Source of the DNA: an uncultured virus (IMG/VR IMGVR_UViG_3300023198_000928)
Taxonomy: Duplodnaviria > Heunggongvirae > Uroviricota > Caudoviricetes
IMG/VR virus record: IMGVR_UViG_3300023198_000928
Reading direction: 5' to 3' (one strand)
Length of the DNA: 33,887 nucleotides
The position numbers and the translations under genes are program-made. Position 1 is the first letter of the stretch, and the number at the start of each line of letters is the position of its first letter. A model generated the notes under the pieces. It saw nothing but the letters and a program-made list of their open reading frames with translations, did not search any database and was not told where the DNA came from. This document shows positions 7,580 through 14,152 of the stretch, piece after piece.

Positions 7580-7654
7580 ATGAAAGCAATTTATTGTACA
7601 TATAATAGTTTTAATTTTTGGTCGAATCGTTCGAGCAAGACTTCTATTGTATGA
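7580..7654 (+). CDS. Attenuator leader peptide 3 (MKAIYCTYNSFNFWSNRSSKTSIV)
   Basis: Codons 5-16 (tat tgt aca tat aat agt ttt aat ttt tgg tcg aat) match the Tyr, Cys, Asn, Ser, Ser, Phe and Trp tRNAs. GCAAGACTTC 7635-7644 is complementary to GAAGTCTTGC 7692-7701. Confidence 0.82.
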   Translation: MKAIYCTYNSFNFWSNRSSKTSIV

Positions 7655-7691
7655 TGTAAATTGAAAAACATATACTAATACTTAACCTAAG

Positions 7692-7720
7692 GAAGTCTTG
7701 CAGAAATGTAGGACTTTTTT
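7692..7720 (+). terminator. Intrinsic terminator (attenuator 3) before tRNA-Tyr
   Basis: GAAGTCTTGCA-gaaa-TGTAGGACTTT followed by a T-run. Confidence 0.85.
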
Positions 7721-7737
7721 ATGGTCTATAATAATCT

Positions 7738-7804
7738 GGATTAGCGGTGGTAGGGGCCGAGTCTGTAAAACTCTAGCCGGAAGGTTCGAATCCTTTCTAG
7801 TCCA
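7738..7804 (+). tRNA. trnY: tRNA-Tyr(GTA), atypical (reduced D-arm, short variable region)
   Basis: Acceptor ggattag/ctagtcc; arm gagt-ctgtaaa-actc; T-arm gaagg-ttcgaat-ccttt. Confidence 0.7.
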
Positions 7805-7862
7805 CAAAGTAAACGTATAAGTATACAAAACTCGAAAAAAGTAAACGTATGGCTGTACAAAC

Positions 7863-7951
7863 GGAAGGTGAAGCAGTGGCATTGGAGCTGCGACTAGTCT
7901 TGAAAACTAGGGGTCATTAGGTTGGCTGGGGATCGGGTCCTCCTCCTTCTT
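7863..7951 (+). tRNA. trnS: tRNA-Ser(TGA)
   Basis: Arm ctagt-cttgaaa-actag; long variable arm; atypical T-loop atcgggt. Confidence 0.8.
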
Positions 7952-8022
7952 CGTAGACAATGAGTGTTCAATAGTTGGTAGCTATAGCAGGACTGGTAAT
8001 CCATGGCTCATTGTACTTGTGT

Positions 8023-8107
8023 AGAGAGTAAACTGGACAGGCGCGCCAGATGCGATTGCTAATCGTTATGAGGGTAATACCTTTCGGTTCGAGACCGATT
8101 CTCTCTT
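8023..8107 (+). tRNA. trnS: tRNA-Ser(GCT)
   Basis: Acceptor agagag/ctctct; arm gcga-ttgctaa-tcgt; variable arm present. Confidence 0.82.
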
Positions 8108-8226
8108 CTAAATGAAGTAATAAGTTTTGAGCCGAATAAATTAAGTAATCAGCTCATGAAAAGTGAGAATGCAGCTCAAAATGATATGATAATGAGCCGT
8201 ATATATTAGTTTAGTGAGCAGTAAAT

Positions 8227-8298
8227 GTCTTGGTAGCTCAGTGGTAGAGCGTTTGCCTGTTAAGCAAGTTGTCGTGAGTTCGAATCTCACCCTTGACT
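8227..8298 (+). tRNA. trnN: tRNA-Asn(GTT)
   Basis: Arm tttgc-ctgttaa-gcaag; canonical D and T arms. Confidence 0.9.
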
Positions 8299-8385
8299 CA
8301 ATAAATGTTAAAATGTAGTAGATTATTATAATTATGTGATATATTTTTAGTAATATTGTATATATAATTATTAAAATACTATATT

Positions 8386-8715
8386 ATGGATGACAAGAAA
8401 ACAGAAAAAGTATTAGTAGGAGTTAGAATAGGAACTAAAGTAGAAGAAGGAGATCCTAAAATGTCATATAGACAAAGTATTAAGGCCTTTGGAAGTTTAG
8501 GTAAAGAAGTTAAGATTAGTCCTAAAGCACATGTGGTGTTAAATAAAGCTGGTTACAATGTAAAATATTATGTTGACAGTGTTAGTGTGACTATTGGAAT
8601 TGGAAATGATCATTCAGCTAGATTAGTTATGAGTGTAGATGCGTGGAATGCGCTTAATGATGGAGAGAAAATTAATGTGACGACTGTTAAAGAATTTGAA
8701 AGAGATTTTAGATAA
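8386..8715 (+). CDS. Hypothetical protein
   Basis: 109-aa ORF inside the tRNA array. Confidence 0.7.
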   Translation: MDDKKTEKVLVGVRIGTKVEEGDPKMSYRQSIKAFGSLGKEVKISPKAHVVLNKAGYNVKYYVDSVSVTIGIGNDHSARLVMSVDAWNALNDGEKINVTTVKEFERDFR

Positions 8716-8727
8716 TAAATAAAGTAT

Positions 8728-8800
8728 GTGTCTGTGTCCGAGAGGCTAAGGTAGATGGTTGCAACCCTGAAGATCGCTGGTTCGAGTCCAGTCAGACATT
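8728..8800 (+). tRNA. trnC: tRNA-Cys(GCA), weak anticodon stem
   Basis: Acceptor gtgtctg/cagacat with U73; loop ttgcaac. Confidence 0.8.
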
Positions 8801-8886
8801 CAAATAGACATCCTTATTATAGAAAATGGGGATAAATGAAAATAAGAGTAATCGCTAATTAAGAAAAGAGGCGAAAACTTAAATAA

Positions 8887-8959
8887 GCTTCAGAGACCCT
8901 CTGGGAAGGGTAGCAGCCTCCAAAACTGCTAGTTGTGGGTTCGAATCCTACCTGTCGCG
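8887..8959 (+). tRNA. trnW: tRNA-Trp(CCA)
   Basis: Loop ctccaaa; G73; T-arm gtggg-ttcgaat-cctac. Confidence 0.85.
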
Positions 8960-9107
8960 CAACTATATGTAAATGCGTATAGCGAAAACGGTTCTATTGG
9001 GCTGCGGACGATTACTATACGTAATAGCATATAATGGGGTGTATGATATATCATGCTAAGAGGACCATATTAAAGCTCTTTGAATGAGATACTGTACATA
9101 ATTAATT

Positions 9108-9180
9108 GGGTTAGTAGCAAAGGCGGTCAATGCAGCGGACTGAAAATCCGTAGATGGTGGTTCGATTCCACTCTATCCCA
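9108..9180 (+). tRNA. trnF: tRNA-Phe(GAA)
   Basis: Acceptor gggttag/ctatccc; arm gcgga-ctgaaaa-tccgt. Confidence 0.92.
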
Positions 9181-9212
9181 CTAAAGTAGATTATTTTCAG
9201 TATCTTTATATT

Positions 9213-9353
9213 ATGAAAGAAGTTAAAAGATGTTCAAAATGTGGTAAGAAACTATACGACAGTTTTACTAACCAGAATCACGACGAGAAATCATGTAAAG
9301 GAAAAAATACTACTCCTCCACCAGCAATAACTTATTCACCTGACTGCGCTTAA
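9213..9353 (+). CDS. Small putative zinc-binding protein
   Basis: MKEVKRCSKCGKKLY...H....C, 46 aa, hand-translated. Confidence 0.5.
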   Translation: MKEVKRCSKCGKKLYDSFTNQNHDEKSCKGKNTTPPPAITYSPDCA

Positions 9354-9362
9354 CCTAATTAT

Positions 9363-9671
9363 ATGAAGACGATTAGAAAAGTAGAACTTGAAAGAATTCA
9401 ATATCAGGACGAACTACCTGAACACGAGAAATTGGAAGAAAGAGTGCTTTATGTATCGAGAGAATATGACGTATCTAAACATAATTGTCTTTGCGGCTGC
9501 GGCGAATTGGTAGTACTCCCTTTCAATAATATCATAAATGGTGTAGACTACGGCTGGAAACTAATAGAGCACCCATCTGGTAAAATAACTATCACCCCAA
9601 GCGTCGGAAGTTTTTCTTTACCCTGCAAATCCCACTATATAATCACTAAGAACGTGGCTAATTTCGTATAG
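9363..9671 (+). CDS. DUF6527-like protein
   Basis: LYVS...H.CLCGCGE.VVLP...W.L...ITITPSVG...PCKSHYII pattern. Confidence 0.75.
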   Translation: MKTIRKVELERIQYQDELPEHEKLEERVLYVSREYDVSKHNCLCGCGELVVLPFNNIINGVDYGWKLIEHPSGKITITPSVGSFSLPCKSHYIITKNVANFV

Positions 9672-9931
9672 CTTCACTCCCCACTAAAGTACCCAAAAAA
9701 AAATAAATTTTATTGTAGCGACTTTGGACATTAAATTTTTGTCTGGTTGTAGGGAAATGAAAAGTTTGGAGAGGGACGGGCGTGCTGAACCCCTATACTC
9801 ATTTGGCCCCGACCCGAATTTCAGGGGAAACGTTTTTCGCTTCAATCGACGGGTAGGTCCATTCGTATATGCACTTCGTGAACCGGTGTAGGTCTCTCAC
9901 GATATCGCGATAGTCTTGCTCAACCTCCATC

Positions 9932-9960
9932 GGTTTAAGGCTCCGCTTGTCTTAATTTTT
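9932..9960 (+). promoter_or_regulatory. TTAAGGC-N7/8-GTCTYAA hairpin element, copy 1 (others at 10998-11020 and 11810-11841)
   Basis: Same imperfect inverted repeat lies upstream of three consecutive gene groups. Confidence 0.5.
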
Positions 9961-10032
9961 AATTATGTATAAAGTATAGTTACTTATTGTACGTTTATCT
10001 TAACCTATTAATAATATATTAAACTAAATATC

Positions 10033-10356
10033 ATGAATATAAAAATTAATCAAATTAGTAAAGCGTTGACTAATGCTGCTACACACATTGAACTGTTATC
10101 ATTAACAAATGAACAACAACAACTCGTTGATGCAGTAGCTTCAAGTAATACTATAATGGCTGATGCTATAACTAAGCTAATGCAAGGGCATACGCAGTTC
10201 ATCAAACAACAACAGTTGATAATGGACATAGAGATAGCTAAGAAACAGAATTATAGTAAACTACAACGTAGAGTAACCTTCTATAAAAATAGAGGGTATA
10301 ATCACGGTGAAGCTTACACATTAGCTAAGAAATGGATTAACAATCTAAATAAATAG
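10033..10356 (+). CDS. Hypothetical helical protein
   Basis: 107-aa ORF with an A-rich start context. Confidence 0.7.
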   Translation: MNIKINQISKALTNAATHIELLSLTNEQQQLVDAVASSNTIMADAITKLMQGHTQFIKQQQLIMDIEIAKKQNYSKLQRRVTFYKNRGYNHGEAYTLAKKWINNLNK

Positions 10357-10358
10357 TT

Positions 10359-10475
10359 ATGAGTAAAAAAGTCAAATACGAAAGTGATAATGAGCATTGG
10401 CTAAGAGATGTAATTATAGCTATAATTATAATATTGGTCTTCGGGTATATTGCCTCAGGACCTCATACAAGATAA
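10359..10475 (+). CDS. Small membrane peptide
   Basis: 38 aa with VIIAIIIILVFGYIA; fits tightly between its neighbours. Confidence 0.55.
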   Translation: MSKKVKYESDNEHWLRDVIIAIIIILVFGYIASGPHTR

Positions 10476-10477
10476 TT

Positions 10478-10609
10478 ATGAAAATAATAGACATGTACTT
10501 AGAAGATGGTGTGATTGTTATGATTATTGAGGGACCATTTAGGGTATATCTTGATAATCATTCAGATAATAGACGCCTTCTTAAGGAGTTTAATAAAAGA
10601 AAATTATGA
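10478..10609 (+). CDS. Small hypothetical protein
   Basis: ATG 10478 follows the stop at 10475; its stop overlaps the next ATG. Confidence 0.55.
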   Translation: MKIIDMYLEDGVIVMIIEGPFRVYLDNHSDNRRLLKEFNKRKL

Positions 10610-10869
10610 ACAAAAAATCATTACACTACTTAGGATCCATTCAGAATGAATTCTTCGCATTTACATTAGGAACTTCTATTATAGTCTGGTGTACAGATGA
10701 TGGTGATATCTACAGTGTAGATCATCCATCTAGTATGGCTACAATAGAAGGATTAAAGAATACACCTCCACCAAAGGTGTTGAAAATAACAAAGGATACT
10801 ATTGAAGCCCATAAAGCTTTGAATAATCCATTTGTTAATGCAGCCATAGAAAGAGTGGCAAAATTATAG
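10606..10869 (+). CDS. Hypothetical protein
   Basis: 87-aa ORF coupled to the upstream gene. Confidence 0.65.
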   Translation: MNKKSLHYLGSIQNEFFAFTLGTSIIVWCTDDGDIYSVDHPSSMATIEGLKNTPPPKVLKITKDTIEAHKALNNPFVNAAIERVAKL

Positions 10870-11094
10870 TACGAATAAATAATCTTATACTCTATGAGTG
10901 AGCTAGTTGAAAGCAGTTCCAAATTAGAGTACGAGTAACTCGAATTAAAGCGTTTCTTTCGAGTCTAAATAATGAAGCCGCTAAGTAGTAATGAAGATTT
11001 AAGGCTTAACTGGTCTTAAACTTTCAATATGTATATATAAGTAACTAACTATGTACATTTAACATATAATTAATAATAAATAATTAAAAGTAAA

Positions 11095-11694
11095 ATGAGC
11101 ACAAAAACAAAAAACGTAGCGATTAGTACAAAAGGGTATGAACTTTCAGATGAAAATATGTCCTCTATTATTAGAGAAGCAAAATTTTCAACGATTGACC
11201 CTATTGTAGGTGAAACATTATCTATGAATCGTCCTATCTTGAGTGAAGATGGAGATTTACTAGGATTCGTGTTTGACTCAACAAAACGTCCTCCTGTAAG
11301 AATTAACTTAAGTGATCTTAAAAGATTTACCAATAGTAAAATTCCTATCACGGAAAGTTTTAGAAATGGTGAAGGAAAACCTTTTGTCGCGAGACAATTT
11401 ACGGTTAAAGGACACGCTGAATATCTTAACAGAGATAAACAACGTGTGTATCCATTGTGGTGTTATACTGAGTATGATAGTATTATCGAAGCTCGAGGAG
11501 ATGATGACTTAATCTCTTCAGACTTTCGATCTATCTATGAATCAGAAGTTCTATCTGAGCATGTAGATAAATATTATCGTGCAGTGGATATTGATAAATC
11601 AATTATCTATTTCCCTCAGTCTACGCCTATTGCGTCTACTATCCCTAAGAAGCGTAAGCCTAGGAGAGCTAAAGCAACTACTGCTACTAAGTAA
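11095..11694 (+). CDS. Hypothetical protein with basic C-terminal tail; probable paralog of 11931..12671
   Basis: RQFTVKGHAEYLNRDKQRVYPLWCYTEY aligns with RKFEIVHAEERTNEQGDVLYPAYYYVDF. Confidence 0.75.
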   Translation: MSTKTKNVAISTKGYELSDENMSSIIREAKFSTIDPIVGETLSMNRPILSEDGDLLGFVFDSTKRPPVRINLSDLKRFTNSKIPITESFRNGEGKPFVARQFTVKGHAEYLNRDKQRVYPLWCYTEYDSIIEARGDDDLISSDFRSIYESEVLSEHVDKYYRAVDIDKSIIYFPQSTPIASTIPKKRKPRRAKATTATK

Positions 11695-11701
11695 GTACTA
11701 C

Positions 11702-11738
11702 AGGACAATTCAGAGAGATCTGGGTTGTCCTTTTTTTT
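11702..11738 (+). terminator. Intrinsic terminator
   Basis: aggacaattcag-agagat-ctgggttgtcct followed by a T-run. Confidence 0.85.
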
Positions 11739-11930
11739 CTCCTGCCCTAGACCGATTTAAACCCACCCACTAACCCCTATTCGAAGGTAGCATTGGAGTA
11801 TTAGTCTGGGTTAAGGCTCCACCTTGTCTCAACTTTTTTTTGTCGCTCCCGCATGAGGTGACATCCGTGTCGTTTGACATGGTACTTAGAACATGCAGTA
11901 ATTACGTAATAACTAAATAATTAATTAATT

Positions 11931-12671
11931 ATGACACCAGAAGAAAAAGCGAAAGCACGAAAAGAGAAAGCAGCAGCAACAAGAAAAGCTAACCAAGCAA
12001 AGAAAGCTGCTCAGTCAACCGCGACTGTAAAAGCGAAAGCTCCTCTTAAACCTGTAGCAGTCAAAATTAGCTTAGATAACTTAAACTTATTGACGCCACA
12101 ACGTCAGATGTTGTTATCTTCAATTAATGACTTACAAGGTAAAGTATTTGTTTTAGGAGGCAAAATGACCGCTGATCCATCCATTAGTACTAATATGGAA
12201 GGTGAAAACGAAGATATTCAAAGAATTAAGCTTAAATTCATCGAAGAGGTGAACAGAAAGCACTTAGCTATGAATGTTAGAGGGTTGTTGAATCTTGAAG
12301 TGATGGCAGACGGAACTGGTAAATTCAAAAAAGGTGAAACTCAGACTATTCGAGTGTATGAACACATGCAAGAAGAGTCAGCAGGATCAAACAAATCAGT
12401 TGAATTTCCAAGAAAGTTTGAAATCGTTCACGCTGAAGAACGTACTAATGAGCAAGGAGATGTCTTATATCCAGCATACTACTATGTTGATTTCAATAAC
12501 CGAGAGAAAGAATTGCGAGAAGCATTCACAATTTCTAATCCAGGTGAAGAATTCGATCGTGGAGTTATGTATCAAGATCAAGACTTCCTTAATGAGTTGA
12601 ATGGCACGGCCAAAGCGCCACGCTACGAAACTGCTGAAGCTCAGAAATCAGTGGTAATAAGAATTCTATAA
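11931..12671 (+). CDS. Hypothetical protein with Lys/Ala-rich N-terminus; probable paralog of 11095..11694
   Basis: 246-aa ORF sharing the R.F....N.....YP...Y motif. Confidence 0.75.
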   Translation: MTPEEKAKARKEKAAATRKANQAKKAAQSTATVKAKAPLKPVAVKISLDNLNLLTPQRQMLLSSINDLQGKVFVLGGKMTADPSISTNMEGENEDIQRIKLKFIEEVNRKHLAMNVRGLLNLEVMADGTGKFKKGETQTIRVYEHMQEESAGSNKSVEFPRKFEIVHAEERTNEQGDVLYPAYYYVDFNNREKELREAFTISNPGEEFDRGVMYQDQDFLNELNGTAKAPRYETAEAQKSVVIRIL

Positions 12672-12679
12672 ATAGACAC

Positions 12680-12715
12680 TACTCTCATTCTCTCCGGAGG
12701 GTGGGAGTAATTCTT
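12680..12715 (+). terminator. Probable terminator hairpin
   Basis: tactctcattctc-tccg-gagggtgggagta. Confidence 0.6.
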
Positions 12716-13074
12716 ATTATATGAGCAGCTTTTGCCCACATTATGAGCGCATTAATGTCGTTATTAATTCAATATGGCACCATAATTAACAATATCGCAG
12801 TATTCTGTGACAATTATTTAACGTAATTTTACTAAAAACATTAGAAAATATTAAAAAATGATAGAGATCATCATCGGCTTAGTTACCCGTAGTCTCTGCT
12901 CATGATTAGTTAATATTATTATTATATGTAGTCTGATAAGCCGGCATGATGAGGTTCTCATTGTGTCGGGGTTAGGCATTTAGAAAGTATTATGAGTACT
13001 AGACCTAAGCATATAAAAGATAAACACTAACTAATTGAAAAACATAACTCATACGATAATGTGAGTCCATATTT

Positions 13075-13133
13075 CCAACATTCACGTCAACACTACAAGA
13101 GAGTAGCAACACTGACAATCACGTGAATGTTGG
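13075..13133 (+). other. Perfect 13-bp inverted repeat (structured RNA or terminator)
   Basis: ccaacattcacgt/acgtgaatgttgg with an internal ctac/gtag hairpin, followed by ttatttt. Confidence 0.5.
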
Positions 13134-13181
13134 TTATTTTTATAACTACACAACAATAATAACTATATAATAATAACAACT

Positions 13182-13460
13182 ATGAAGGCAAAAAAGTTTA
13201 AAAAATTAAGAAAGCTGATAAATCGATACGATGTTGAAGTAACCAAAGGACTATTTGGTGAATTTGATAACTTCAATGGTTCATTTATAACAGTAATGGC
13301 ATTAAGCTATGAAAATGCTTGTAAGAGAGCAGTTAGAAGAGGTGTTGGATTAAACCATCGACGCTTGTATAAATCTACCACAGAACAATGGGGAAGATTC
13401 GCTGTAAAACTACACTCTAAATCTAATCACTGGAAAAATATATTATACTTCGGAAGCTAA
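13182..13460 (+). CDS. Basic hypothetical protein
   Basis: 92-aa ORF. Confidence 0.7.
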   Translation: MKAKKFKKLRKLINRYDVEVTKGLFGEFDNFNGSFITVMALSYENACKRAVRRGVGLNHRRLYKSTTEQWGRFAVKLHSKSNHWKNILYFGS

Positions 13461-13594
13461 TGAAAATAAGAATAGAACGTACAGTTAGACAGCTGGAATT
13501 GCATGAAGAAATAAACATGATTAAAGCATCCACTACACTTACAGAGGATGAGAAAGAAAATTTATTAGCTATCATCTATGCTAAAGTTAATTAA
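13460..13594 (+). CDS. Small hypothetical protein
   Basis: 44 aa; TAATG overlap with the upstream stop. Confidence 0.55.
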   Translation: MKIRIERTVRQLELHEEINMIKASTTLTEDEKENLLAIIYAKVN

Positions 13595-13606
13595 AACAAT
13601 AAAGCA

Positions 13607-14032
13607 ATGAAACAGATTGAAATAATAAATCAAATAGGTTCTTTACATAATTTTAATAAAAAAGTAAATGAGTTTATAGCTTCAACTACAAATATAATAT
13701 CCATTGAATTCAATACTGTACTTAAGAGTCATTCTAGAATACTTATTCATTCAGTAATGATAGGATATGATACTGACATCATTGAAGAGAAAGCTGTTAA
13801 AGATTTAACCTTATTATCAGTAAGAATGGCTGAAGTAAAGCTACCAAAACAGGTAATATCCATATTAACAGATGAATATATGTATCGTACTAGAAGTGAA
13901 AAAGTAAGATATCCTCCATTTAAATATGTGGAAGAAATCACTGAACGTGGGTTTCTTAAATTATATATGGCAGGTCGTAAAAACTGGGAAGCTTTAGTAG
14001 AGGCAATGCCGGAATTAAAGAACAAATATTAA
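13607..14032 (+). CDS. Protein with RNA polymerase alpha-subunit CTD-like (HhH) C-terminal domain
   Basis: LSVRMAEVKLP..VISIL...ITERGFLKLYMAGRKNWEAL resembles the alphaCTD L..R..N.L...TE.ELLK..NLGKKSL.EI pattern. Confidence 0.55.
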   Translation: MKQIEIINQIGSLHNFNKKVNEFIASTTNIISIEFNTVLKSHSRILIHSVMIGYDTDIIEEKAVKDLTLLSVRMAEVKLPKQVISILTDEYMYRTRSEKVRYPPFKYVEEITERGFLKLYMAGRKNWEALVEAMPELKNKY

Positions 14033-14152
14033 TTGACAACAAATGATACTTTGAAGCAATGCTATGCCTATGGTGCCCGTCCTGTACATAGAGGTATTAA
14101 ATCCTTAGTGGTGATAGTATTGTGGAGTATCAAATAACAACAACAAACTATT

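Noticed and set aside
7806..7850. Direct repeat AAAGTAAACGTAT (two copies)
   Set aside because: Two short copies only; probably a local duplication.
4557..7882. Track ORFs 4557-4748, 5982-6170, 6195-6389, 6588-6782 and 7682-7882
   Set aside because: They overlap tRNA genes and are spurious.
4313..9180. Prophage att site or host chromosomal tRNA operon
   Set aside because: There is no integrase, rRNA or housekeeping context, and the tRNAs are divergent and interspersed with phage-type ORFs.
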